A DNA stretch of 64,000 nucleotides. It comes from Octopus vulgaris. Its lineage: Eukaryota. The notes beneath the pieces were generated by a model. It saw only the letters and a list, made by a program, of their open reading frames with translations. It was not told where the DNA came from and did not search any database. Location: contig OX597831.1 of the NCBI GenBank assembly GCA_951406725.2, positions 43,214,001 through 43,278,000 on the forward strand, given 5' to 3'. A program made the position numbers and the translations under genes. Position 1 is the first letter of the stretch; each line of letters starts with the position of its first letter. Below are positions 1 through 12,896 of the stretch, in pieces.

Positions 1-140
1 CTGTCTACCAAATCCACTTACAACGCTTTGGTCGGCCCGAGGCTATAGTAGAAGACACCTGCCCAAGGTGCTACGCAGTGGGACTGAACCCAGAACCATG
101 TGGTTGGGAAGGAAGCTTCTTACCACACAACCACGCCTGC
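1..140 (-). mobile_element. tRNA-derived SINE family B (CACCTTGGGCAAG core), 5' part
   Basis: Same sequence recurs at ~9250, 11125, 25195, 35120, 36800, 44030. Confidence 0.8.
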
Positions 141-830
141 TGCTATTGTTAATAAAATTATTCTGATGTATAGTGACCCCTTTGTCCATTTACTTTAGCC
201 TATATTACAAATACCATTTTAAAGAATAATCGTCTATTCGGCCCTCAAGATCTAGTTTGACCTCTCGAATGGCTACCCAAGTCAGTTTAACCAATCAGCA
301 CGAGCTTTCCCTTTATTGTTTTCTCATATCAATATCAAAACCTGGAAGGCGGTGGTGGCAGAATTATTACCGCTCTGGGCAAAATGCTTACTGGTATTTC
401 GTCCGCCGGATCTTTTCCCTTTCAATGGCAGATCGAGAAATTAATTTTTTGTAACTAAACACTTTCAAACTTCGGACACTGGTACAATGTATCATATAAA
501 ACATCTTTTACTCTTAGCGTTTTTGAGAAAAGTTTATATTTACGAAGTTATTTTATGTTAAAGTAGTCGTATTTCGGTAATTTCAACCAATCAATGACAT
601 AGTTTTATATGATACATTCTAGGTTCTGGTCGACTTTACTGTTCATCCTTTCGAGATCGATAAAATAAGTATCAGTTGAGCACTGGTGTCTATGTAATCG
701 ACTTACTTCCTTCTCCGAAATTGCTGTCCTTCTGCCAAAATTTGAAACCTTTGATTTGATAGGGAAAAAAACCCTAGAGATTGCGTGTTCTTTGCTATTT
801 TTTTCATTGTTTGTTTTCTTCTTCTTCCAG

Positions 831-1070
831 GTGTCATTACGAAAACATGGTTTATTGAAGTCAAGCACTGTTACATACCAATCCACACGTATATCGACAT
901 TCACAGAAACAGTTCGCTCACAGAGTGTGCCTACCAATGTCTTCTTACGCACGGCTGTCGGTCATTCGAATTCGGGAGAAAGCACAACAACTGTTTCCTC
1001 TCTCACCACAACGGGCAACAAACCAAGGCCAAATACAGCTACTATAGAGATTTCTACCAGTTACTAAACC
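831..1070 (+). CDS. Mosaic secreted protein, exon A: PAN/apple domain 1 (gene starts upstream of window)
   Basis: Polypyrimidine+CAG acceptor at 830, C|GTAAGT donor at 1071, phase 1-1; WFIEVKHCYI...SLTECAYQCLLTHGCRSFEFGRKHNNCFLS...RDFYQ fits the PAN Cys pattern. Confidence 0.85.
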
Positions 1071-1155
1071 GTAAGTATTCTAGAATTAAACTATTCTTAA
1101 TATATTTTGTAGAGGGATTATTAATACAACTATCGCAATATTAATCATTGAGTAA

Positions 1156-1545
1156 GGCGGCGAGCTGGCAGAAACGTTAGCACGCCGGGCGAAATGCTTA
1201 GCGGTATTTCGTCTGCCGCTACGTTCTGAGTTCAAATTCCGCCGAGGTCGACTTTGCCTTTCATCCTTTCGGGGTCGATAAAATAAGTACCAGTTACGCA
1301 CTGGGGTCGATATAATCGACTTAATCCGTTTTCCTGTCCTTGTTTGTCCTCTCTGCGTTTGGCCCCTTGTGGGTAGTAAACAAATAGGTATTTCATCTGT
1401 CTTTACTTTCTGAGTTCAAATTCCACAAGTGTCGATTTTGCCTTTCATCCTTTCGGAGTCGATAAACTATCAGTGGAACACTGAAGTCAATGTAATCGAC
1501 TTAACCCTCCACGAAATTTCTGGCATTGGGCCGAAATTTGAAATC
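1156..1545 (+). mobile_element. SINE family A composite (young tailed copy joined to an older copy)
   Basis: GGCGGCGAGCTGGCAGAA head, GAGTTCAAATTCC B box, GCCTTTCATCCTTTCGGGGTCGATAAA central domain present twice. Confidence 0.85.
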
Positions 1546-1582
1546 AGTATTTAACATTGAGTAGCATTATCTATGATATTCT

Positions 1583-2006
1583 TTTCTACTCTAGGCACAA
1601 GACCCAAAATTTTTAGGGAAGGCGGCAGTCTATTAGATTGACACCAGTACGCAACTGGTACTTAATTTATCGACCCCGAAAGGATGAAAAGCAAAGTCGA
1701 CCTCGGCGAAATTTGAACTCAGGACGTAAAGACAGGCGAAATACTGCTAAGCATTTCACCCGGCGTGCTAACGTTTCTTATCTCTTTATTGCCCACAAGG
1801 GGCTAAACATAGAGGGGACAAACAAGGACAAAGGGATTAAGTCGATTACATCGACCCCAGTGCGTAACTGGTACTTAATTTATCGAACCCGAAAGGATGA
1901 AAGGCAAAGTCGACCTCGGCGGAATTTGAACTAAGAACGTAACGGCAGACGAAATACTGCTAATCATTTCGCCCGGCGTGCTAACGTTTCTGCCAGCTCA
2001 CCGCCT
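1583..2006 (-). mobile_element. SINE family A composite
   Basis: Reverse complement of the 1156 family, two bodies in tandem. Confidence 0.85.
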
Positions 2007-2269
2007 TCTTTATCTAGGACATTATTAAGGCGGTGATTTGGTAGAATCGCTAGCATGTCAGATAACGCTTAACGGCATTTCTTCCGGGTTTACGCCCAGA
2101 GTTCAAATTTTAGCGGGGTTGACTTTACCCTTAATTCTTTCGAAATCGATAAAATACGCACCAGTTGAGCACTTGCATCAATGTAATCGACTATTCCTTT
2201 CCCAGCAAATTCCAGGGTTGGTCCTATAATAGAAAGAATTATCTGTGTTATTCTGTTTCTCCCCACAAG

Positions 2270-2465
2270 AGTTCGAGTGTTATGCTTAACTATGGAACTA
2301 AATCAAAGACTATAATCGAATTCTTTTTAACGTAGCGAGAGAAGAATGTTGCGCGTTTAACAATGAAATTAAAGACATTGTGGCAATCTTTAATGTAACA
2401 AACAAAAGTTATCCAGCCATCTTCTCTGCATACTATTCGTAGGAGTGTTATGAATGTTGTCCTCA
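2270..2465 (+). pseudogene. Decayed PAN-domain pseudo-exon inside an intron
   Basis: After a pyrimidine tract+AG reads EFECYA*LWN*IKDYNRILFNVAREECC...FNVTNKSYPAIFSAYYS*ECYE; aligns by eye to exon B (RIHNVGVEDC...SNVTYSKYP...YFGWDFYQ) with three stops. Confidence 0.55.
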
Positions 2466-3634
2466 GGTTATCTCCTGCATAGGGTCCTATCAGAAGCAGC
2501 CGTCATTATACTTTCCGGCTGGATTTCCTTGTGACCAGCTGAAGCTATGGGCATTTTCCAGCCATTTCGTTCTTGGTCTACTCTTTTGGTTTCCTGCCTG
2601 TTGGCTCGGCTTAAAGGATCCGTCCTGCAGTTCTTTCCTGCAGCGTTCTAATCACAATGAGGAAAAATAGCGGCTCAATTTGGAGAAATTTCCGGATCTT
2701 TCAACTACACAACTCATCTTGCAACCTTACTCTAGAAATCTTTAAAAATAAGGATATTTATAACATGGGATATTTCCTCGGATCCTGCTGGCTTTAATTA
2801 TCTCGCCTAGTGTGTGAGATTATCCCAGATCTTTGGATTTTTATTATGTCCTCAACAGCAAGCCATAGACTTCACCATATCTGCCAGAGTCAAACAGGAG
2901 GAATTATTGAGTAAACCATCAAGAATATAGACTGGCAACGTAATCAAAAAGAATTGTTCAAATAATTACTTGACTCTCTCTCTCTCTCTTTGATAATATG
3001 ATTACTCGTATTTATAGCTAGTTATCAATGGCCAAGTGACCAGTTCTGGTGATCTTAGATAACAAATATAAATATCTAATGGCGGTGCCCCAGCTTAATG
3101 GCGGTGCCCCAGCATGGCCACAGCTCGTGAGCTGAAACAAGATAAAATAAAAAATTAAAAAATAAATAAATCTGATACCTAATTTCTCAGCAACAACATA
3201 AAATGAAGCAATGTAAATGAAATAAAGTGATCTACCGATTTTAAACCCAACGAAAAGCATGCAGTTCATTTGAACTCGTGAACTATTTGTAAGCAATAAG
3301 GTGGCGGAAGATCTGCAGAGTCATTAGATCGTCGGTAAAAAAAAATTCCTTATGTTATTTGTTTTGTCTCTTTTCGTACTGAGTTCAAATCCTGCCGAAG
3401 TCAACTTTCATTTTGATTCCTTCCGGGTTAAGTGAAGTCCGTGCTTTTGTTTTATATTTTTGTTCACCCTTTTTTTCCTCTTATCATCGTCGTCATCCTC
3501 ATCACCCTCACCACCATCATCATAATCATTCATGTCATCATCGTCGTCATCATTCCTGTTTACGTCGTCAACACGATTTAGAATTTTTACTTTATTGTTT
3601 AATTTTTTTTTTTTTTTTTTTTCCATTATTCCAG

Positions 3635-3865
3635 CTAATGAAGAATTTATCAAGATACTCGGAGTTTCAATCAGAAATCATGACCTGCAGAGAATACACA
3701 ACGTCGGTGTGGAAGACTGTCTTGATAAATGCAGGACTTTGTCATACTGTAATGTGATGGAATACAAAAAGCAGCATAACAAATGTGATTTATCCAACGT
3801 AACCTACTCAAAATATCCGATCAGCGTGAACTACTTTGGTTGGGACTTCTATCAGAAAAATCCGA
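3635..3865 (+). CDS. Exon B: PAN/apple domain 2
   Basis: T-rich tract+CAG acceptor, A|GTACGT donor, phase 1-1; EFIKILGVSIRNHDLQRIHNVGVEDCLDKCRTLSYCNVMEYKKQHNKCDLS...GWDFYQK. Confidence 0.85.
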
Positions 3866-4199
3866 GTACGTGGCCTACATTCCTATAAAATTATAATTTA
3901 GCTTGTTATACCAACTGAAGGCGCCTGACCTAGTAGTTAGAGGTTTTGCTTTTACGATCGCAAGTTCGTGGGTTCAATTCCCCGACCGGGCTGTGAGCTG
4001 TATTCTCGAGCAAAACACTTCATTTCACATTGCTCTTGTAACGTTCTCTAGTTGTAAATGAGTTACTCAGCGCTAGACTTGGAGTGGTGTGGCTTTCATC
4101 ACTTACACGCCATGGATACTGAGTGACAAGCTCTATGAATCCTATAACTCGAGACAGTAATGTCCAGAGGAGCCTACATATCATGAGAGAGGAGCATAA

Positions 4200-4465
4200 C
4201 TCACTACGCTTGCTTTGCTTACGTTGTGACTGCCCGTCAAAAGTGATGACAGCGTCAACACGTGACGTTCATTCTTCTCGGCGTGACTGAAAGATCAATA
4301 CGAGATAGGCAGATCCTACGGCATTGAGGACACTGAAAGTGATCCCGAACAACTGCAGTGGGGTTGATGACGACGCTTCTTCCTCCCTCATATATTTTCT
4401 CGCATTCAAAGCGTTCTACTCTAGAGTAAGACATGGGCTTCATGCTTTTCGATCGTTTCCTCGGT
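4200..4465 (-). mobile_element. RTE-like LINE 3' fragment
   Basis: Minus-strand FQCPQCRRICLSRIDL resembles the C-terminal CPxCxRxCxSRIGL motif of RTE-type ORFs. Confidence 0.55.
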
Positions 4466-4553
4466 AAGAAATAACAGCCTAATCTCCCTTAAGTTACACC
4501 TCAGCGTCCGAAAATAAAAACAGAGCACACATTTGATACTGTAGTCCGAGATA

Positions 4554-4628
<75 letters not shown>

Positions 4629-4862
4629 AATAAGTAACAAGGCTATCCAGAACAGTACGATCGTTTCATGCGACTCCATTTAAATGAACAATGCAATCAT
4701 TTCATTACAGCTATTTAAAATGTAGAGCAATCTTCAGCTGCACAAAGACATAGAATTTAATTAAATTTAATTAAATTAGGACACATTAGTATAATTTTAC
4801 CCAAAATCTCCAAGAGGACAAGGAGATAGACAAAGAACATGTTTTACCAACAACATTACAGT

Positions 4863-4910
<48 letters not shown>

Positions 4911-5059
4911 CACACGCAAAAGACAGAATGGCCATGAATGGCATGTCTTTGTTCATAATTTGAGTAAATTAGCTGATGATCTGAAGCTAAACTAGAACAA
5001 TACTAACAAATCCAACATTAAGACTTACTCATAAAGATTTTTCTTTTGAACTTTTCCAG

Positions 5060-5173
5060 CATTTTGCGACTTGAAATGTGGACCTATGGAACGATGCAAA
5101 ATTGAAAACTCCCAGAAAAAGTGTGTCTGCTACCCGGGATGTATTAAACTACCCAGCGGAAAAGGATGCTATG
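5060..5173 (+). CDS. Exon C: EGF-like domain
   Basis: CTTTTCCAG acceptor, G|GTAAAG donor, phase 1-1; FCDLKCGPMERCKIENSQKKCVCYPGCIKLPSGKGCY (not in ORF track). Confidence 0.85.
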
Positions 5174-5247
5174 GTAAAGCACCATTACGTTGCCATTTGA
5201 AGTTTTTATAATTTCCATTTTTACAAATTTCTCATTTTTCTGTTTTA

Positions 5248-5303
<56 letters not shown>

Positions 5304-5938
5304 GCACGCGCGCATACTCATGCAAACATGTGTCTAGGTAGAGAGAAAGAGATGTATACTTTTGTATGTTTAAGCATACATACACACATAGACACATACA
5401 AACAGACAGACATGATGAAATTGGGTTTTTAATAAGGCAAACAAATTATATAGACTGTTACAATAATTAGACAGTGACAAATTATATATAAATGGATAAA
5501 TATTTCTTTCAAAGAAAGGTTTTCCTTAATACATTAAAAAGAACGGGGTCATTTTATCTTGAGGATATAATATATGACTGACGATTTCATTTCTTTTCTT
5601 GTTTTGCTTTGGTGAAACAAAAACAAATTATTTAATATTAAGAAAAAACAAATGAACAAACAAACCGTATAAACAAGCATAGAAATAATTAAGAAATATT
5701 TGAATAAACATGTATTCTAAACAGAAAAATCAAGGACGTTCAGAGTTCGTCTGGTTTCTGTTTGTGATTGGTGAGTGAAACGGTGACAGTACACATACAC
5801 ACAAATTAAAATGTGTGGTTAGAAATGAATAGATGAATAAATTAAGAAGTCTACTTGCTTGTTGAAAAGGTCAAGTGATGGTACGCAGGTCACCTAGTTT
5901 AGAAAGACACAAAAATAGAAACGTGGAAAATATATATA

Positions 5939-6459
5939 CCGTAAATCCTCGAGTATAGTCCGCCCTTGAGTATAACACACAGGGGTTTTTTAGGGGGTTG
6001 TACCTCTGAAAAACCTAAACCTAGTGTATAATACGCACCCCTTCTCTAACTTGAGTCGTGCGTAATTAAGCCAGCAGAACCTAGTCGAACAAACACTTCC
6101 GCGCATGCGTAATATAATAATGGTGATGTTCTTAACTGTTATATGGGAATGTAAATATGTTTGCGAATTGTTTTTGTTTCATGTTATTCTGTGTTTTGAA
6201 TACTTTTATTTTAATAAATATTGCTTACTGCAAGTTATGGATGATTCTTTTATGACTTCATTGCTTTCAGGCTTAGCTTAAGGTATTTTCGCGCCCGACA
6301 TCACAAAATGCGTCTGAATAAACATTGCCGGACAGCAAATAGAGACTCGGACATTACTTAGAAAATATCTTTCATTTTTAACCTCGTATATAGTACGCAC
6401 TAGGGATTTTGACCTTTAAATTTTGGGGGAAAATGCGGATTATCCTCGAGGATTTACGA
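5939..6459. mobile_element. Tc1/pogo-type MITE
   Basis: TIR CCGTAAATCCTCGAG..CCGC / GCGG..CTCGAGGATTTACGA, flanked by TA on both sides. Confidence 0.8.
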
Positions 6460-7062
6460 TACTTTATTTTGTACATATCTTCAATCCTTCCAAGGCAGTA
6501 ACACCAATTTTTCTTCGTATCTTCACTCTTAAATGAAGCGGAAAGCACTCCTCATGACAAATGAGCTTCATTCGTTTTTAACATCCCTGTCCATTTAATA
6601 CTGATGTATTAATTAGTGTCAATCTTAACCTCTCGAGAAACGTCGAGCGAGACACAATAGATAGAAACACAGCTGAAAGAAAATCAATTTACCGAAGTAA
6701 TAGTTGTCCTAAACAATTAATCAAATGATAGCAAAATATTTGAAATATTGAAAATAAGTTAAAAGAGAAATGGTTATATCGTCATTTTATTAAAATATTT
6801 GTTCAAAGCAACTGTTACTTCTCTCGATGGTTTCTTTTTTCCTTCAACTGTTTTCGATGACAAGTTTTTCGAAAAACTGCTTTCGATCAATTTCGATCAA
6901 AGTATTTATCATTTTATAGATCAATGTTGGAAAATTTATGACACGCATTTAAATTTTTTTTAAATGACACAGCATGAGTTTTTCAACAACGCGTAATTTC
7001 CCTGCAATTTTATGCAAGAAAAAACTTAGCCCTAAGCTATAACACCTACATACATACATACA

Positions 7063-7093
<31 letters not shown>

Positions 7094-7539
7094 GTGTATA
7101 CATACATATACACATACATTCATATGGGGGGGGGCGCACACGCGTGTGTAAGTGATATACCAATAATTTGATTATTAAAGAAAGTAAAATTCAAACTGTT
7201 CGATAAATGTAATAATTGTAAAACTTATTTTCTAAAACTATATAGAATTTTCTTTGAAAATACCAAAAGTTAGAAAGATTGCCCGCGTATTTAAATTATC
7301 CAATGTATTTGTTTCCCTGTATAAGAGAGATAATTTTAATCACCATGTGGCACACATATGATTCTGATGCATGTACCTGGTGTACCCTTATCAGACGGAT
7401 AGTTATGGTAGGTATACTAGGCTTTGTAAATTTTACCCTAGTGTCACTTTGATGGCATGCACTGCTCTCTCACTCAATAATAATAATAATAATAATGATA
7501 ATAATAATAATAATAATAACAAACTTGTTTCTGTTACAG

Positions 7540-7802
7540 AAAAACCGCCTCTCAAATGCAACAACTGCAAATGTTCGGCATCTGGAGATCCTCACTATCG
7601 AACCTTTGACGGCCAACTGATCCACTTTATGGGAACGTGCAAATATACTTTGGCAAGATCTCTGCAATCCAAAGGCGCTGGATTTTTCAATGTTGAAGTG
7701 AAGAACGAAAATAGGGGTAACGCGAAAGTGTCCTATACCCGTATGGTTGACATTATTCTGGAAGGTGTCCGTATCCGTTTATTGCCAAAACTCAAAATAA
7801 GG
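7540..7802 (+). CDS. Exon D: VWD domain N-half with GDPH motif
   Basis: CSASGDPHYRTFDGQLIHFMGTCKYTL...FNVEVKNENRG..VSYTR; CAG acceptor, G|GTAAGT donor, phase 1-0. Confidence 0.92.
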
Positions 7803-7918
7803 GTAAGTGAAATGAAGATTTCTTTCAGTGATACTTGATATTACAATTAAATGTTTCGTTTAAAATGGCTGATAGGTAGGCAGAATAGGATAACGATTCG
7901 CCAACAACTACAGCAACA

Positions 7919-7949
<31 letters not shown>

Positions 7950-8099
7950 TGTATGTATGTATGTATGTATGTATGTATGTATGTATGTATGTGTGTATGT
8001 ATGTGTGTATGTATGTATGTATGTTTGTATTTGCAGATTTGTATGTTTTGTTTTATGTATGCATTCTCATACATATAGTTGCATATCTAGACATGCTCA

Positions 8100-8265
8100 T
8101 ATATATATTTAAATGATAAACTTCTGGAAAGTTTTACAGATTTTTACAGTTCCAGTGACGGATTGGATCTGTAGTCTTCAAATTAGCTTTCACCTTTCAG
8201 ATTTTGTGAAGCCTAATTTTTCAAGATTGTTAATTAGGCAGTGTGTTACATATCCCAGAACCCCG
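8100..8265 (-). mobile_element. REL-endonuclease (R4/Dong-like) LINE 3' fragment, copy 1
   Basis: Minus strand VLGYVTHCL...LQIQSVTGTVKICKTFQKFII*; homologous to 8750-8965. Confidence 0.6.
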
Positions 8266-8749
8266 TATGTATGTATGTATGTATGTATGTATGTATGTAT
8301 GTATGTATGTATGTATGTATGTATGCATGTATATCACTCTTAGTGCTTCTGGTAACAGGTAACCTAGTACAACTTGTCGCATCGTTGGGCCGCCTAAACC
8401 AGCAACACTATGTAGCCTGCTTGGTAAGAAGGGTGGTTTTCGTTGGACACCCAGCAGGATTAAAAACAACACCAGTCAAAGACGGTTGAATTCAGTAGGA
8501 TTAACAGCTAGCCAACAGCTGCGAGTGAGAGTCCTCTAGTCTTTGTTTAAACATCTCTCGGGGAGAACAAAATTCCGAAATAACACCTGCCACGCTACAA
8601 AGCGGGAGATCTTGCTTGTTTCTAAACTCATTGGCTTTGTATCTGATAATCTTGGCGGTGTTGTACAAACTGTTACTGACTTCAAATATTTGTAGGAGTA
8701 TTGCTGACAGCCACCGTCTGGCCATATTCGTTTACGAGTTGACAGCCAC

Positions 8750-8965
8750 CATATATGGATATACTTAAATGATAAACTTCTGGAAAGTTTTACAGATTTT
8801 TACAACTTCAGTGATGGATTGGATCTGTAGACTTCGAATCAGCTTTTTCCCCTTTCTGGTTTTGAGAAGTCTAATTTCTAATTAGGCAGTGTGTTAGATA
8901 TCCCAGTGTCCCAGTAATTACTGGTATAAACCTGAATTTGTAATCTGGACCGCTGAAGTCTACAA
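8750..8965 (-). mobile_element. R4/Dong-like LINE 3' fragment, copy 2
   Basis: Minus strand FRFIPVITGTLGYLTHCL matches a PIVxGALG-type motif. Confidence 0.6.
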
Positions 8966-8989
8966 GCTTTTTTCATTCCCTCTTTTACT

Positions 8990-9189
8990 CTCTCACTCTT
9001 TTACTTGTTTCAGTCGTTTGACTGTGGCCATGCTGGAGCACCGCCTTTAGTCGAGCAACCGACTCCAGGACTTATTCTTTGTAAGCCTAATACTTAGTCT
9101 ATCGGTCTCTTTTGCCGAACCGCTAAGTTACGGGGACGTAAACACATCAGCATCGGTTGTCAAGCGATATACACACACACATACATACA

Positions 9190-9250
<61 letters not shown>

Positions 9251-9415
9251 TACGACGGGCTTCTTTCAGTTTCCGTCTACCAAATCCACTCACAAGGTTT
9301 TGGTCGGCCCGAGGCTATAGTAGAAGACACTTGTCCAAGATGCTACGCAGTAGACTGAACCCAGGACCATGTGGTTGGCAAGCAAAATACTTACCACACA
9401 CCCACTCCTACGCCT
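8990..9415 (-). mobile_element. SINE family B, near full length, with internal (TA)n/(CA)n
   Basis: Head, internal microsatellite and GGCGGTGCTCCAGCATGGCC tail; similar copies at 10905-11273, 34893-35245, 44030-44380, 56970-57180. Confidence 0.85.
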
Positions 9416-9518
9416 GTCTATTTAAATACGATTAAAATTTAATTATTTTATTTATTATCTTGGAGGTGGAGGCAGTTGGTCCACTAAACTGTAAATAAAC
9501 CATTACGATGCCTTTCAG

Positions 9519-9832
9519 GTCAATAACCGCAATGTAGAAGCACCAGTGAGGAACAAGAAACTCGGTTTCACCATCAGGCTTTCCAACCGTTGGATCCACG
9601 TAGAGACCAGCTTCAATCTACGCGTATCATTTGACGGCAAACACAGAGTCAGGGTTAGCATACCTCGAAAAACTTTCGGAGGACGAATGACTGGGTTATG
9701 CGGCGACTGCAATGGACACAGGGACGATCTGAGGACTAGCAACGGAACTGTTGTGGTACACAAAAAGAACAAGTTTTCCCTTATTGGAGAGAGCTATCGT
9801 GTGACAGACGATTCAGATATGCCTAAACTCAG
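9519..9832 (+). CDS. Exon E: VWD domain C-half
   Basis: VNN...LRVSFDG...VSIP...TGLCGDCNG...IGESYRV; TTTCAG acceptor, AG|GTAAGA donor, phase 0-2. Confidence 0.92.
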
Positions 9833-10131
9833 GTAAGATGTAAGCTGTTACAATGTTAGTAATGCGTGTCGGCTCACACACTCACACACACGGGATGAGT
9901 CGATTACTTCGACCCCAGTGTTCAACTGGTGCTTATTTTATCGACCCCGAAAGGATGAAAGGCAAAGTCGACCTCGACTAAGTATTTTGTCCGGCGTGCT
10001 AACAATTCTGCCAGTTCACCAACTTAATCAATAATATAATAATTAGACTTACTTTATCACGTTCATTTAAGCTTCTAGCCTCTCTCCTCTCCAGCTTTTT
10101 TCCCCCTCTTTTTGTCTTCTAATGTCACTAA

Positions 10132-10510
10132 AGCAACGAGCTGGCAGAAACGTTAGCACGCCGGGCGAAATGCGTAGCCGTATTTCGTCTGCCGTTACGT
10201 TCTCAGTTCAAATTCCGCCGAGGTCGACTTTGCCTTTCATCCTTTCGGGGTTGATTAAATAAGTACCGGTTACGCACTGGGGTCGATGTAATCGACTTAA
10301 TCTGTTTGTCTGTCCTTGTTTGTCCCCTCAGTGTTTAGCCCCTTGTGGGTAGTAAAGAAATAGGTATTTCGTCTGTCTTTACGTTCTGAGTTCAAATTTC
10401 GCTTTTCATCCTTTCGGGGTCGATAAAATAAGTACCAGTTGCATACTGGGGTCGAGCTAATCGACTTCCCTCCTCCCCCAAAATTTCGGGCCTTGTGCCT
10501 AGAGGAGAAA
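10132..10510 (+). mobile_element. SINE family A composite
   Basis: Full tailed copy followed at AAATAG|GTATTTCGTCTG by a second body. Confidence 0.85.
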
Positions 10511-10546
10511 AGCATCTCTAATGTTTCTATAATTTTTGCTATTCAG

Positions 10547-10824
10547 ATGTGAAGAAAAAGATCCTAATCCTGATGACGAATGTAAACTAAACGGACAAAA
10601 GTACTGTGATATTATCCGCAATCCAAGAGGAATGTTTGGGAAATGCATCGAAAAGCTGGGAGCAACGGATGTCAGAGAATTCTATGAGTCTTGTTTGTAC
10701 GATTATTGCTTTTATGCCAATTCGACAATCATCGAAAGTATTGTATGTGCCTCTCTGGAGAGTTTTGCTGCAGAATGTGAATCGGCTGGTGTCGTCTACA
10801 ATTGGAGGTTCCTTACCAATTGTC
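10547..10824 (+). CDS. Exon F: C8 domain
   Basis: YCDII...FGKC...FYESCLYDYC...CASLESFAAECESAGV.YNWR...C; phase 2-1, C|GTGAGT donor. Confidence 0.92.
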
Positions 10825-11484
10825 GTGAGTGGAATTAGAACTTTCATACGTTCCTATTTTATTTCTTTTACTTTTATTTTTGTATCTCAGACATTTTATT
10901 TATTTATTTTAATTGTTTCAGTCATTAGACTGCGACCATGCTGGAGCATCACCTTGAATTTTAGTCCAGCTAATCAACCAAAGGACTTTCTTTTTGAGTC
11001 TGGTTCTTATTCTATCGGCTTCTCTTTCCGAACCGCTAGGTTATGCGGACGTAAACACACCAACACTGGTTGTCAAGCAGTTGCGGGAGACAGACACAAA
11101 GACACACGCACGCACACATATATACGACAGGCTTCTTTCGGTTTCCGTCAAACAAACCCACTCACAAGACTTTGGTCGGCCCGAAGCTATAGAAGACATT
11201 CGCACAAAGTGTTATGCGGTGGGACTGAACCGGGAATCATGTGGTTAGGAAGCAAATTTCTTACCACACAGCCATTTTCCGTCTTGCTATTCTATTGGCG
11301 TTTTGTTGTTGCAGTTGTTGCTGCTGCTGTTTTTTCTTAGACACTCCTATTTTAAAAGGAACAAGAGCATTCAGTGGGCGAAAACCTCCAGCAAGGCAAC
11401 ACCAACCTCCTCTCAACAATTAGCCAGAGTTTATTTTTAAAATAAGAATATCTGGAATAAACTCGACTGCTCTCACAAATGAGA

Positions 11485-11746
11485 ATACAAAAAACGAGCC
11501 CCACCGCTCTCAAAAATTAAGTAAAAAAAAAAAACAAAAAAAAAACAGGAAAAGTAATTCAGAATCATTGTCCGGTACCGGATCGATCCCATAATCTAAT
11601 CATTTCGTGCCAGTCATGAGGTCAAACATCCCTGAAAGTTTCATCCGAATCCATCCAGCGATTCTTGAGATATCTTGTCCACAGACAAACGCACAAACAA
11701 ACACGACTGAAAACAATACCTCCGCCTTAGCGAAGGAAGAGGTAAC
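11485..11746. mobile_element. Probable non-autonomous Helentron/HINE-like element
   Basis: AAGTTTCATCCGAATCCATCCAG...ACAGACAAAC..AAAACAATACCTCCGCC..GAGGTAA organisation. Confidence 0.45.
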
Positions 11747-12037
11747 AATGATCGATTAGTTCAGGCAGTGTACAGGCATAGCTGCAGAGTTAACAAACAT
11801 ATTTTCAACCACGGAGTTTGTATTTCAATCCAACTGCGCAGTGCTTTGGGTTAGTGCTTTCTGCTATAGTCCCAGGATAAAGGTCAATCAACTCTGCCTT
11901 TCAAGCTTCCAGGATCGGTAAAATAAAATACCAGTTGAGTGCCAGGATCGATGGTATCGGCCTGTCCCTCTTCCTTAAATTTGCCGGCGTTGTGTCTGAA
12001 TCAGAAACTACTTTCAGATATAGTGAACATGCCACAT

Positions 12038-12079
<42 letters not shown>

Positions 12080-12120
12080 ATGTATTTATCTATGTGTGTG
12101 TGTGTGTGTGTATATATATA

Positions 12121-12345
12121 TTGGGTTGTCGGAAAGTTCGTGCCGATTTTTAAAGGAAAGGAAAAGGTCAATAAATATTTGCCATTACATTTTTAATCAA
12201 ACCAAATATGAACTATTTTGTTGCACAATGCGTCTCCACCTTTCCTTTAACTTGAAAATACCCTCTTCCCAGAATTGAGGTGTCTGGGAGGGTAAGTCGA
12301 AAGGTAAGCTACTATAAATCGGCACGAACTTTCCGGACAACCCTA
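12121..12345. mobile_element. mariner-derived MITE
   Basis: TIR TTGGGTTGTCGGAAAGTTCGTGCCGATTT / AAATCGGCACGAACTTTCCGGACAACCCTA, inside a TA tract. Confidence 0.85.
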
Positions 12346-12702
12346 TATATATATATATATATATTATTCAAAGAAATTCCAACTCTGTTTTTTATGTTTT
12401 ATTTATATTCTTTATAATATTAATGTAGAATCTAGAATATATAGTATAAATAATATATATATATATATATAGTAAAATGAAATGAATTATTGATTGTCTT
12501 ATTGAATAGATGAAATATTGAATATAAAGCATTAAAAATTAAGGGACTAGTATACTTTCTTGCATTAAAGCAGTCTTCAAGGTCCCAGGTTGTGACAATG
12601 CATGTATGTATTTGTATGTATGCGTGTATGTATGCATATCAAATTGTGTCGTGTATCTAAGTGCTTATATGTAAGAGCATATAAAACATGTACTTCATCT
12701 AG

Positions 12703-12896
12703 CCATGGATTGCTCGGAAAACATGGAATACAAGTACAGAGCTAGTGGATGCCAACCAACATGTGTAGAGGCGAACCCAGATTGTACCAGAACAGAAATT
12801 GAAGGATGTGTGTGCAAACCTGGTTACGTCCTCAGTGGAGAGAAGTGCATTAAACCACATGACTGTGGTTGTACCTACGACGAATTTTACATCAAG
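12703..12896 (+). CDS. Exon G: TIL domain, ending at a GC splice donor
   Basis: PMDCSENMEY...SGCQPTC...CTRTEIEGCVCKPGYVLSGEKCIKPHDCGCTYDEFYIK; AAG|GCAAGC gives the phase 0 needed by the next exon. Confidence 0.85.

Noticed and set aside
1086-1934. Recurrent RNWYLxYRPRKDERQSRPRRNLNS ORFs
   Set aside because: Antisense reading of SINE family A, not a protein family
5725-5770. AG...GTGAGT-bounded 46-nt mini-exon candidate (KNQGRSEFVWFLFVI)
   Set aside because: Would break the phase 1-1 join between the EGF and VWD exons; weak acceptor; no other support
7847-8489. ORFs with MYVC/HTYI repeats, and similar ones at 28447-29630, 30944-31399, 38258-39117, 56929-57515
   Set aside because: Translations of (TATG)n, (CA)n and (TA)n microsatellites
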